Part shown: in pieces, positions 40,940-55,300 of the stretch | Numbering within the stretch: the first letter of the stretch is position 1 | Layout of the letters: every line of letters starts with the position of its first letter | Source of the DNA: Adineta vaga | Taxonomy: Eukaryota > Animalia > Rotifera | DNA length: 64,000 bases | Direction: 5' to 3' | Assembly: GCA_021613535.1 (NCBI GenBank) | Contig: CP075497.1 | Location: 10,106,001 to 10,170,000 of the forward strand | Program-made: the position numbers and the translations under genes | Notes under the pieces: model-generated | Seen by the model: the letters and a program-made list of their open reading frames with translations, nothing else | Database searches by the model: none | Told to the model about the DNA's origin: nothing

Positions 40940-43363
40940 TCGAGAGAACACCTTATCAATAATAGAAAATAAATAGTAAAGAGAAATAGAGCAGACCAGA
41001 CAAAAATTTAGTTGACCGAAGACGATGAATATGGAAAAAGAAGAAGAAAAAAACGTTCCTATTTCATCTATCCATCAAATCTATCATGTCACATCTTCAA
41101 TATATATAAATATATAAATATTTGAAAGGCACGTTTTCTTCATTTTCAAGATGATGAGTGAAAATAGTAGAGAAGAAAATAAAAGAAATTGTCAAAATCG
41201 AATTAGAATCACGCGATAAACAGGAAATATTCAATCTGGCAAGCAAAACGAATGATAATGAGTTGTTCAGATAATTTTCTTTTTTCTACGTTTTTTTATT
41301 ATTATTTGGATTATTCTCCTTCTTATAAATACGAACAACAAAGATCTATGTTCACTAGAGACAATTTATTGTGTGTTTTGGTTTAGTTTTAACTTCGAAA
41401 ATTAATCGAAACATGCAAAGTTGATGCATCAGGGAAATCGTCCCGATCTGAGTTAACAACTTTTTCTTTTTCCATGCCGCACCATCCACTCTAATGAGCG
41501 TTTATACTTAAACTAATATTGAATGTTAGAAGAAGAATTGCAGTAGTCGTCACCGTCTGTGTAAATTTGTTCATTTTCACAGTCAACTCAATGGTGGTGA
41601 CACCTGAAAGTTTGCTTGATGATGTTTGTCTCGAAAACGATAGATATCATGTTTTTTTCTTTCTTTTTTCTTCACAAAAAAAGACATTTGGTCGCAATTA
41701 GTTGAGAACGATTGTATGTTTGCTTCAATGCGCTTTCTCATCTTTTTGTTCTGCTTCTTGACTTTCTTTTTTCACCTGCCCGTCGATTCTTTCTCTTTTT
41801 TCCTTTATTTATCGGTGGATAATAATGATGCACACACACACACACACATACACAGGAAAACTCTTCTTTTTTTTGCCGGCATTAAAGTGTCATTGATTGT
41901 TCATCATCAGTATGCATGTGTGTTTACTACTCAGGCAGTAACTGTGAATTATTTAGTATATGTCCATATAGTAAGCGCGAGCGCGCGCGTCTATACTTCT
42001 TCGTAGTCAATTGAGTGTTCACGTTTGAAGATGGTCGTGTGTGTGCGAGAGGAAACGATTAAAGACAATTGACGAATCAACGTTGTATTGATGCTTATCG
42101 CTCGTTCGTCGACATTCTTCTAGTCTCAAATCATGTCTACTTCGTTGATCATATCTCAAATAAAATGAAATTTTAACATCTACCTATAATAATCGTTTGT
42201 TGTTTCTAATTTCAAATGTCCTCGTCTGGAAGTGCGTCGTTCCTTCTAATAACACATATGAAATGACGCAATTCATTCGTATATTGCCGCCATCAGTGAT
42301 TATCACTGATACTAAATAGGTTCTCATATTCAGTCATTTTGTTTTGTTTGAAGTCATCATGATGCCGAGTCGGTTGAATAAGAGAAGAAAAAAAAGGCGT
42401 GAATCTATCAAACAAGTTGACACCTAATTACTTGACAAAAAAAGAGAGCAAATCTCCGTAAGAAGCAGATTGTTCACACACAAACGAATTTAATGATTGA
42501 TAGGAATGAAAAAAAGAACGCCAAGTTCATGATGAAGTAATTTGATTTTCTTTTGATGGATTTATCTAAGTGTTAGAGATGATTGAAATCAGCATCATAT
42601 TTAAAGACACTTCAGATGATTGTTTTACAAACTTCCATTCTTAGTTTGATCAATTGAAATATTTTCTTTTCAAGTATGTAGAAATATGTTTCGATACAAG
42701 TAAAGCAAACAAACTGATATTTATCTAGGAAATATTTCTTCATTTGTCTATTGAGACAATAAAACAAAACACAAGAGTTGTACAGGTCAAGTATGATCTG
42801 TACAGACAGTGAATGAGAAAAAGAATAAGAATGCGATGGTGATGATGATGATGCCAATGAGAATACCGTGAGAAAGATCAGAAGATGGATTAGAAAAGCT
42901 CAAAGAAAGAAATTATTATTTTCATCTTACATGATTATCGATTAGCTGAAGAGAGAGAGAGAGAGGGAGAATGACAAGGATGAAAATGTTAAAATTAATT
43001 GAAAAGACGATTTTTACCGTTTCATATGAGAAAATAATAGATTATTGACTATTTGTCTACTGAGCGGAAATAAGTGAGAGCAGAATGTAAAACATTATGA
43101 ACAGATGGTACTCTATCAAAAAAAGTGATGTTTCTAACGAACATTATGTCAATATTGAAGAGATATTAAAATTGATATGAGTGAGAGAAAGAGAGAAAGA
43201 TTATTTAGTAACATCAGACTTCATTGATTCTCTTGATTGATGATTAGATATAGATATGTTCAACTTTGATTTCTCAAGAAGTGCAACAACAATTTATATT
43301 AATATAAAAAATACATACGACGTTATCAAACAAAAAAAACGAAAACTATACAAAGAAAAACGA

Positions 43364-46300
43364 TTAATCTGTATTGAGAATCAAAGCAACACCTTGTAAA
43401 ACCCATTTACTAATGTGTTCATGTGTCGATAAATCAGCTTCAAAAACAAGGCCAACACCCATGGCATTTCGTCGATCACTTGTTACATATACTGGACATC
43501 GGAATGTATTCTGAATGAATAAAAAGAAACATGTCACGTATTAATTTTTCTATAAATTATTTATCATAAGAATTCTTACTTGAAGTTTAAGTTTATGTGA
43601 TTCAATTGGAATAACTTTCATAACTGGTAAGGGTTGAATAAGTACTTTTGGTTTTTGTCTTGTTAAACAGCTTTTTTGTACATTCCATGATGCACCTTCA
43701 AGATAAAGACCAGTCACAAAACAACCTTGATGTGCACGTTCATTGACATCTTCTTGTGTTTCCCATTCAGTTACTTGTGTATATAATGTTGATTTATCTA
43801 ATGGCCAACCATTCTTTCTACATGTTGCTTGTACAAGTGCAGTTAGATAAGATTCAGGAATATGAAGACCAGATAACCAAACAACATTGGGTTCACCATC
43901 ATTGATCTAAATATGAAATTGATTGAACAAAGTCAAAGAAATTTTCTTCAAATTTATTTACCCATCCACTATAAAGTTGATTTCGACGAAGAAAATGATC
44001 CATCCAATTAGCTAGATTCTTCTTTGTGGCTGGTGCTAAACGTCTCCACATTTGCGGTAATTGACCATTATAAAGTGCGCGAGATAGATCATCTAATTCA
44101 TTGGACATACCGACTTCACCTTTCAATGCTCGTCGTAATGTTGCTAATGATCTCGACATAGTTATTGTTAATTTATTAAAACGAGCAAGTTCTTGTAATA
44201 AAACAACAGATGTTGGTGATATCGCTTCGCCACCGAACTTCTTCCAAACTTTATCAATATCATATTGTTGTGGAATACGTTTAATGATATCAGCTGCAGT
44301 ATTATCAATATATTCATCACGACTCATACCACCACTTGCTTCACCTAAAATAAAAGGATATTTTCTAAATTTTATTTATAAGAAAATAAAACGAACCTGA
44401 TTGTGGTTGTAATTCAATTAATTGTTCCCACATATCTCGTGCAGATTTTGTATAATATCCAATTTCAGCATTTGGATGTAAACCAAATACTTCCGGCGTG
44501 TTTGTCAATGGTAATGATTCAATGTATTCTATAGAAAGAAGTCAATTAATAAATATGAATATTTAAAAACAAAAACAAGGTATATTCAAAGTTTAGAATG
44601 ATGAATAAATGGTGAACAACATTGAATATTTAGATTAAATAATGAGAGTACAACAATGGAGTTTACTTCTTGATATTCTACGTAATTTTCCTGTTTAATA
44701 AAGACAAATCGATAAATTCAATTATTCTAATGAATCTAACACAGACATTTTTCTTCAACAAAAGAAAATGACCTAGTTATACTAAACAGATTTCAATCCT
44801 TATTAATAGAAACGATGTCAGAACAGAAAATAAAAGGAAAACATCATTCATTACTATACCTAGTGCGGCATCTTTAACTGGCAATCCAACAGTTGCTGGT
44901 TGTTCTTCATTTGCCGATGGAATATAATAAGCAACATCTTCCGTACGATGAAAATAGAATGGTTGAAATGTATCAAATATAAAATCTCCCATATATTCAT
45001 TCATATAAGTACGTAAAACACGACGATCAAATTCATCGATAGCACGACCACCGTACATAACCTATTTTTCCGATAAGAAACAATTTGTATGAAAGAGAGA
45101 AAAAAATACAATACTACTTACTTCACCAATGAGATATTTTAATGAACCCCATGGAATTTTTGTATCATTATTAACAGTAGCTTTCTTTAAATAAGTATCG
45201 AGAATTGTCATACAAACACGAAAATCTGATTCATTAAAATCATAAGAAACATTCCAACCAATCTTATCATATTTTCGACGTTCTTGAACGACAGCATGAA
45301 AGAAAGCCAAAACAAATACCAAAGATGAAAATGCTTCATGTGGACAATCATTAAATGCTTGTCCGGAGATTTTAAAATATGTATTACGTAAATTAAGTTT
45401 CAAGCCATTGGGTGGTTCAGTAACAACTTTAAGTGAACGTTGTAAAATACCGATTGGAAATAATGGTGTCGGTTCAGTTGTTAGCCATAAACGAAAATCA
45501 GGATGTGGTTTAGATATTTTATCTAAATGTTTTTCTAAATCAATAAGCCATTTGACTAATAAATGACAATTTTGTAACATTAACCAATGACCACGACTGA
45601 TTGCTTGTTCCATTAGATTGATAGCAATCTATTTCAAAAAAAAATCAAACATTATTCAATTAATTCAGAAGGAGAACGCGTCCAATGTCAAGTGTTTTTT
45701 TTTTCAGAGAAATTCATCTTTAATACCCTAATAACAACGTTTTCTTCTTACCTTTTCTTGTCCTTGACCCATGGCTAATAATTTCACTTTCGCTACACCA
45801 AATTCAGTACGTTCTGCTAATTTCAATAAATCCGTTGTTGGATCACTACCAGGACTTAGAATAAATATAATTGGTGATATTGGCGTACTTTGTTCCCAAA
45901 TAGCTTCGAAATGAATGACTGGCGGTGTAACGAATTGATCACCCATAATCTTCGTTACATATTGTGTTATAGCTAAATAGATTCGATCCACTCGAAAACA
46001 TCTTAATAACATTAAATTTTGAAAAGCAGTTAAACGTTCGCCATAATTCATTGGAAAATGTTCTGGTAGTTCAGGTGAATCACTATCAAACCACTAGAAA
46101 GAAAAATCAAATAAATCAATTCGTTTAGTTTGGATTTTCAAACAAACTTTTTTCCAACTATGTTCATTGTTTTCAACTTCATCAAGTAATGTTGTAAATT
46201 GAGCATAATCTCTTGATAAACGTACACAGTCTTCCCAAGTTTGATCTGAAATCCATATAAATGGTTTCTTACGTTTCGATTTCTCTAATGATAAATTTCC

Positions 46301-49300
46301 TTTGATAAAAAAATCTAATTCATCTTGTGAAACATTGCCTCGATCTTGTTCAAGTTTAATTGTAATATTGAATGAAAATAATAGCTTATGTTTTTCAAAT
46401 ATACCCGTACAACCATAATTATAAACATTTAATGTTAATGTTCCCATAATATTATTTAATCGACGTTCAAGATTCGAATCTGGTATTGATTTTCGAAGTG
46501 AAAATTCGAATACATCGAGATAACCTGTTAAGGAATATTGATACATTGTATTGATCAATGACATTTCAGAAAGAACGAAGAAGAGAATAGCACCACGTTT
46601 AGCAGCTGGACGATAACCATCACGAAGTCTTTCGATATCTTTTGATGTTTTGGAAGCAAGACGAAGTCTAAAGCATCAAATAATTCTTATTATCATCGAT
46701 CTTTTAATGGATTTATCTTACTTTTCATTAACTTCATCTGCTTTCGATTTTGTTTCATCTAAGGTGGAAATTAACTCCGTGTTATCTAACATATTACCCG
46801 TTGAATTCGCTAATTCACGTAGGAGTGCATCTTCAAGATCTTTTAATAGTTTTTTATTCACTGACATTTCTTGGATAAGTCGTTCACGTTGTTCTTCTAA
46901 TTCTCGACGTTCATTTTTCACAATTACAGCTAACAATTGATCTTCAAGACCTTTCAATGTAACTGTATAATTGATTACCATTGATTTTCCAAAATGAGCA
47001 GGTGTTAAACGTGGATTAGGTAATTTCGATGTTAAATAAAGACGAAATGATGGATCATAATCCACTTCTTTATCACCTATGATAACAAATTGTCGTCCTT
47101 CGATACCTGAAATCAAGCAAAATCTATCCAAAAGAATTTCATTCATTCGTTTTTACCTCGAATATTCTTTTCTAAAACATTATCAATAACTGGATCGATA
47201 TATTCATCACAATCTTGAAACAAGATTGGAAAACCATATTTAATTGACATTTCCAAATGTTTAAGAAAGTCACTATCATGAAATGTTAAAATTTTCAAGT
47301 TATTTTTCTCTTCACGTTTTTTAATCCATTTCAATGCTTGTTGTTGTGGATCAATACAATATGGAAAACGACTTGATTGAGTTGTTAAAATACCATTTTG
47401 AACGGATAATTCATCGGGTGGTAAACCTTCACTTGTCCATTTCGAGATTTCAACATCACTCGTTAATAATTCATCTAAACGTAATGGTTGGGATAAAGGT
47501 ACTTCTTTTTCTATTAAGTCTTTTTCCCATAATTCACGCATTAATTCTTGACGAAATTCGAATGTAAATGCACCGACATAAGCAAGAAATGATGCACAAA
47601 TTAATGTATCACCAAGTAAACGACGTAATTTACGTTTTAATTCCTCCAAATCATTGTTCCAACTAAAAATTAAGAAGATATGTCGAAGAAAATACAAATA
47701 AAAGAGAAACTTTACCGTTGTTTTTCTGATGACAAACCGGAAATAAGTTTATCAGCAGCTATAAACAAAAAAAAGTGGTGCAGATGTTCATATTCATAGA
47801 AATGATGAAATATTTATCATACCGATCTTTCGTCTTTCCATAATTGCCGTTTCTTCTTCGATAACTCGTTTCTTTTCCATAGCTTCTTCATAAGTCTTAT
47901 TTAAATCTGCTAATTTTTTTTGTAAATCACTAATTTGATTTTGTGTTGTAGTTAATTCATCCGACGCTCGTTTGGCTTCGGCTTGTAATCGCTACAAATA
48001 GATAGAGAAAAACATTTGAACAGAAATCTAAAGGAAATTGTAATATTTTACCATGACTAAATCTTGTTTAGGTTTGACAACACGATAAACTCGAACGCAA
48101 TTCAAGACATTTTGAGAATATTTATACATGCCAGCACCAGCCATAGATTTTTTCGACATCAATTGAAGTAAATACTCATTTTTCTTGCTTGGATCAGGTA
48201 CAACATTGTTCACATCTTTTAATAATGTATCTTCTAAGATGTCAAGAACATTACGTAGTTTTCTTTCCGTTGATTGAGATAACTTTTCAATTGGAACTTC
48301 TAATAGAGTTTTAAGAAAGCCAACATCTATCAAATGGAAGAGAGATATCTTTCATATGAAACTTCTTTTAAAAGAAAAAAAAACACGGTTTACCAGCCAT
48401 CATTGCTTGACATTCAGCCCATGTATCAGCACTTTGAGGTCGTAAAATGGCAAGAACTGAACGACATACAGTAGCAACAGCAACAGCAGGTTGTTTAAAA
48501 CCTCTGAAAACAAATCCAATCAAAATTTAATTGCAAGACGAAACGTATTTTATTTTACCGAATTTCAGCTACTTGATTATTGGTAATTTCTCGAACAGCC
48601 TTTCTTGCTTCTTCTAATGCAGGTAAAGCGGCAGCTAATTCAATATCAGCTTCACCCTAATAAAAGAAAAGCTTATCATGTTTTATTCTTTCTATAATAA
48701 AAGTTAAACTTGCGCACCTTTTTCACTGCAATTTCTGATTGTTTAATATCTAACGATTTCTTCTTTTCAATAGCTTCACCTTCCATTTCACGAGCTGATA
48801 CAGTCTTTTCAGAGATTTCCGACAGTAATTTCTGACATTCTTCTGAACGTTTTAAGACTTCTTTTCGTTGTACTTGTAAACGAGCATCAAGATCTTTCAA
48901 TTCAATTTGTGCTTCGTCAATTTTTTCTAAACCACCAGCTAAACGTTGTTGCTACAAATGAAAACAATTCATTCCAAACAAAAACGATTCTTCTCAACAA
49001 ACTTGTGCTAAATTTTCTTTATTTTTTCGTTCTAATAATCTTAAATATGTGGAAATAAAATCTAAGTAATTCTTCGGTGTTGTAAAATTATGACGACGAA
49101 GTTTTTTTGCAAATTGTTCACTATAATGTTCAACTGATTGATGTACCATAACCATATGTGTAACAATTGCTTGACGAAATTCTTTTGGAATAAATTCATT
49201 CTATTCAAATTAAAGAAAATCAAATAGTTTTATAATTTTCTTTAAAATTTTCAGAAGAAAATCGTAAAAGATAGATTGATATATGTATAGAATGATAACT

Positions 49301-52300
49301 TTAATAGAGCGAGAATCATAGATCAGCTACTTTACTTACAAATGATTTCCGCATAGACGGAAAAATAGACTATATATATATATATATATTAAAATGTTAA
49401 TTGAACAAAAACAAAGGATCATCTCAGATCGATTTTTTAAAGGACTACTTACATCTTCAGCGATTAATGTTGTCGATACAGCATACAACGCCTGTTCCGG
49501 CCAAGGTAAAAACCAATCGATAATTGCGTTATTGATTAAACCTACAATGATAAATATATATATATATATAGTTGAATCAGAAATTCTTTTTTGAGAATTA
49601 CCTGGAAAGTTTCGACAACGTGTACGTAATGTATCACCCGTTGGTGACATGCATAATACCACATGTAAATTAACTGAACATTTTGTGACAAAATATTGCC
49701 AGATACTTTCTTTTGCTGGACTAGAACCATTTTTCATCGCTTCATCTCGAATCTAAATGAAATGATTTAATTTATACATAGAAAAGAAACAAGAAATGTT
49801 CGTCTTACATTTGAAATAATGCCTTCACGTTCTTCATCAGCATACAGAGCAGGTACCATACCAGTTGTTAACATATTATTGATTAATTCCAAAAATCCTA
49901 TTCAATAAAATAACTAATGAGTCAAAAATCACAGTCAAATTTTACCTTCTTCAGCAACATGTTGATCACCAAACATGAAAACGACTTTTTTATTTTCTTG
50001 ACCAAGTTTATTATAAAGAACTTTTAAATCTTCGCGAAAATGTGATTCACTATAACCACGGCTAAGTTTTATTTCGAAGACTTCACAATGAGCTGCATAT
50101 GCTGCTAGACGTGTCACTATTTACAGAGATAGAGAAAAACAAATGATAATCAATTCTTGTGAATATTTTAAAATAAAAAAGATCTTACATGAAGCTTTTC
50201 CACTACCACCAACACCAACCAATAATACATTGCCTTTATCCATACGAATAACACGATAGATACGAGTTAAATGTTCAATAGCATCTTCGAATAAAACTAA
50301 ATTCATTCGAGTAAATTGTTCATTGTATTCAGCAAGAATCTAAATCGATAAACAAGAGTATAGATGAATTTTCATTTTTGTTTCATACTTCTTCGAATAT
50401 AGCTTTTGCTGCTTCATAATCAACAATATCTTCATAGATTTGAGCTTCACCGACATCTAATGCTGTTCGATAATCACCAAAGAGAGATGGTTGACGAAAG
50501 ATTGCTTCACTATATGGTTTTAATAATGATTGATCATCAACTAGACTTTGTAATTTATCCTGAAAACAAAAGAATCAGATGATCATTGTTTTTTCTTAGA
50601 AGGTCTCTTTCTTAATCACATACATCAATAAATTTACGATCTTGTACATCAATTAAACGATCATAGAGTACACGTAAACATTCATTTCGCCAGACACGTG
50701 CTAGAAGAGCAGCTGTTGGAAAACGATCCGGTGTTGTTAAAACTAAACCATTAAATATTCGACTTAAATCTCGAAGATTGAAGATATAATGAAATTTCGA
50801 AGGTGTTGGTGGAAGTGCATCCAAAATTGAACTTTAATACAAATAAAAACAATCAAAATGAGAATCTATTCAAGAAAATATAGCATACTGATAGAGTTCC
50901 ATTGTCATCCTAGTCAAAATCGGTGCTATGTCTTGTACTTCTTTATTGAATGGTTGTAAATGTCCTTCCAAAATGGAATTATAAATTAAGAAAAGTGATT
51001 CTTCGGATGGGAATGTAATATTGTAAACGTTGAATAGAGAAATAAATCGTGGATCAACATCATTTCTTCCACCACCAGGCTAAAAACGGAAAGCATTACT
51101 TTCTGAATCAATACAATTTGTTCAAACAAACTTTGCCCATTGCAGCAATGAAAATCATATCTTGATATTTTTTCCAATTGAGATCTTTTCCTCGATCATA
51201 CATTCCACCTTTTTCAAGTAATAATTTCAATAAAGCAATCGGTTGTTGTGTACCATATGTATCGACTTTTGGCATATTTAAATCATCAATAAATACAACT
51301 AATTTCTTTCCAGGTGGTGGACCAAACGTATCTTTTGTGCGTTTTTCAACATTCGATTCAAAATTTTTTTGTACGTCCATTGACGATGTTCGAGATGAGA
51401 AATTGATATTCAATAGAAGCTAAAAGATAAAATCCATATATAGATATTGAGAAAAGATTTGTTTTTTTTTAGAAATTACATTTAAATCTGGATTCAATTT
51501 TCTTAAAAATGATGTAATTGTTGCTGTTTTCGATGTACCAGATTCGCCAACAAACAGAACTGGACGTTTAATACGATAACATAATTGAAGGAGCCAATCA
51601 CTTCGACATGTATCAATAGTTGGAACTAGAATTTCATAGAATTTTCTTTCTGGACTATGTTGATATTTAGGAACAAGTCGTTTCCATGAGATCCAATATT
51701 TTTTCGTTGCATCAAAGAAATATTCGAATAAAGTTGCTTCATGTGATGGTAATTCCTCTACAATATCGAATGAATATCAAAACAAAATGGATTCTTTTAA
51801 TATATATATTTACCAATTTTAGCTGTGCCATTTGGTCCTTCATCGACAATGTTAATGGAAGCAAGATATTTAACTTGAGTATCGAAAATTACACGTGCTT
51901 GTTCAGTTAAACCAGCACCTAATGACCAATAAAGTGCTTGTAGAAAGAAACATGTATAAGTGTTATCATCGAGTGCTTCACTGGAATTTTCATAGGGTTG
52001 AAGAAGACTATCGAGCATATAACATATTTGACTTGTCTAGAAACACGAAAAAGAAATGATTATGTTTTATGAACATGAATAAGATTAATTTACCATATTG
52101 AGATTAGTTAATGGAATGATTTGTTTAAGTTTTTCTCCTTGTTTACCATCGATAATACCTTCTAAGATTAATGTTATCAATGGTGGAACGAATTTATCAA
52201 ATAATTCATTGAGACATTTTTGTTCTTCTTTTTTCTCACGTAAGTTACACCAACGTGTCCAAAATGGTCGATATTTCAAATCTTTTGGATCAACGAAGAC

Positions 52301-55300
52301 CTATTCAAAAGAACAATTAAATATCAAAAAAGTAATTTATATTTCTTGTCCACTAACCATTCCACAACGTGAAACTGTAGCTGGACTTGCATATTGAAGA
52401 TCACCAACTTCAAACATCATCGCACAATGTGGTTGTAAACGAATACGTTCACCATTAGCTAATGTTAATAATTTATTATCATCCATAACTGAATTCTAAA
52501 GATAAAAAATTCAAATTAGATTTTAATAAAATCTCTCAAACAAACCATATTTTCAATCCAAAGTGCATCAACATCACCATCATATAAAATATATCGACGT
52601 TCTTTTTTATCTGTTGGTTTGTTTATTTCACGGAAGATATTCGATAATAAACCATCAGTCCAATCTCGAGATGCTAAATCCAAAAATCCATACAATTCAA
52701 TAACAGAACATGCTTTTGGATTCAATGTAAACACTTTTGTTGGTAAACCCATTCTAAAAACCGAAAAAATCAGTTTAATTTACTTTTCATCTTTCTTTCT
52801 ACCTCGTTTGTGCTTGAACTAGAATATTAATAACAGTTGTTTTTCCACCACCTGTCGGTCCAACAACCATGGTTGAATGACGTGTCATCATTGTTTCATA
52901 TAATTGTACAACTTTATCGACTTGAACTTCATCAACAACATTATTCATATGAGCAATTGATTCTCGTACAGCTTTATCGAATAATGGATAAGTAACACGA
53001 TCACATTTCAAACCTGGAAAGAGATCAGTAATTAAACCTTGAAATAATGGTACATCTTCATAGACGAATTTCGGCATATTCATATCACGTAAGGCACGCA
53101 TTAAGACGATGTCCTTTTGAAAGAAAAAAAAAAGAATGAAATGATTTGTAATAGAGCAAAAGAAAATATATATATGAATTACTTCTGGTAATTCAGCTGA
53201 ACTTCGTTTTAATTCACCAGCCATAACTAAAACTGATTTCAAAGCTCGAAGACCAAAATCATAATGATATTGTTTGGATAATTGTTCACGAGACAATTTA
53301 TATAAGACGACCATTTTCTTTGCTAACATCTAGATATAAAACAAAAAATATTCGAGAATGAACTCAAAATCATGTCGATAAACAAACTTTAGCTAAAGAA
53401 AATCCTTCGGAGAAAAGCATAATTTCACAAATTTGTTGTAAATCAGGTACAATGACGACGACTGGTCGAAAGAGAGCTTTGATTGATTCAGGTAATTCTG
53501 TACGTCCAGCATAACCTGGATTCATTGTAATAAATGCTCCAACACGTGGATCAAGATCAATTTCAACACCTTCAAAAACGAAACGTTTTGCTTTGGTAAT
53601 TAAACCCTGTTGAATAGTTTTTAATTGTGATGAAATAACTGACAAAACCGAGGCATCAATTCGATTAAATTCATCGAAACATCCCCAAGCACCACTTTGA
53701 CATAAACCATTCAAATTTTTACCAATAGCCTTTTTAATAAATATATTTCATGATAATCATTTCACTTTCGGATTAAATAAAAACACTTACTAAACTATCC
53801 ATACCTTCACCACAATTGGTTACCATACAAAGAATACCAAGTGCTTTAGCTAAATCTTTGACTGATTCCGTTTTACCTGTACCTAAATTTCAATTTGAAA
53901 TCATACAAACTTAGTTTTTTGTTTTTCAATCAAAAAGATTCATACCGGCAGGACCAGCTAAAATAAGAAAAATACAAAGAGATATTTTCATTTTCCTATC
54001 GATAATTCTCTACTAACCTGGCGCACAACCAAGATACATTGACAAAGCCTAAAATCAAAGATTCTTCAATAAACCTTTCTAATAATACAATTTTACTTGT
54101 GTAATTGTTAAATAAATTCGATCAGTAAGTGGTGTAATAACTAGACGACCATTCAAACCCATATATTCATAACCATATCCAAATTCTCCAGTACATTGTC
54201 GAATCATTAATTCATCAGGTTCATTAACCCAATAGAATCTCAGTTGACTTTCCCATTCGAATTCACGTGCATCCAAAATACTAAATAATCGTTAATTCAT
54301 TTTCTTTTCTATTTGTTTTTCTTTTCTTCTCTTACCTATCTCGAACAAAACTATCGATAATATCTTTCGCATGGACATCAATAATCAGTACAGTATTGAA
54401 TTTTTTTCGATCATTACTAGCTAATGGATTTCGAATCTAAATTGCAAAAGAAACAACGATGAAGAATGAAATCATCAAACTATTTCTTCTTACTTCAGCA
54501 ACCACTTCTTCAATTTGTGTATTCAATTGTTTAGCATAATTTTTCATCGCCATTTTTTGTCCTTTTGCAACTAAACACAAAATAACATCCTCAAATAAAT
54601 ATTTACAAGTAAGAACAAAGGTCCTACCTTTATTGAACGTATCTTCAACTTCCCAACTCCACCTAAGGAAAAAAGAAATCAATAAACAAAAGATTCAATT
54701 CAATCTTCTCTACGAACCATATTTGATTAGCAGCAAGTACAACCATTCCTTGATAATTATACATCCATCCTGCTCGGGATTTTCGAAAACGATAATAATA
54801 AACAGCTTCTTTTGTAATCAATCGATTTGTTCGTCTCATTTCTTCTAGTACTTTTGTCATCCAATCTTCCACACGTCCTTCTGTAACAACATTTTGTTTG
54901 AATTGCATTTCTTCTTTTTCAGCGGATATCATTGCTTGTGCTTGAGTGACAGTTTCACTAACTTTAACTAATCGTAAACTAGCAATATTATCAAACATTT
55001 TAATCATATGTTCTTGAATAGCTGCTGGTTCAGCTGAACCCAAAATAGAAAGAAGTTCATCATCAGAAATGAAGAAAAATCGAGGAAATGCATTTCGTTT
55101 CGAATCAAGATAATCATTTAAACTTTTCTGACAACGTTCAAGACCAACAAAGATAGATTCAAGATCACTTAAACGACTTGGAACATGACATTGTTTTTTA
55201 ATTAATGGATCACGATATGTATCCGTCATAATTGATTTGAATAATTTATTTTTTTCATCGAATTTTTTCGCTTCTTCAGGTAATTGAGCACGAATATCAC

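Noticed and set aside
40030-42006. Several 60-96 aa hydrophobic or Cys-containing ORFs
   Set aside because: Low-complexity T-rich or repeat-derived translations with no motifs or consistent exon structure.
42292-42310. Resemblance of the palindrome core to the tet operator (vector contamination)
   Set aside because: Only a 9-nt match with different symmetry and no vector flanks.
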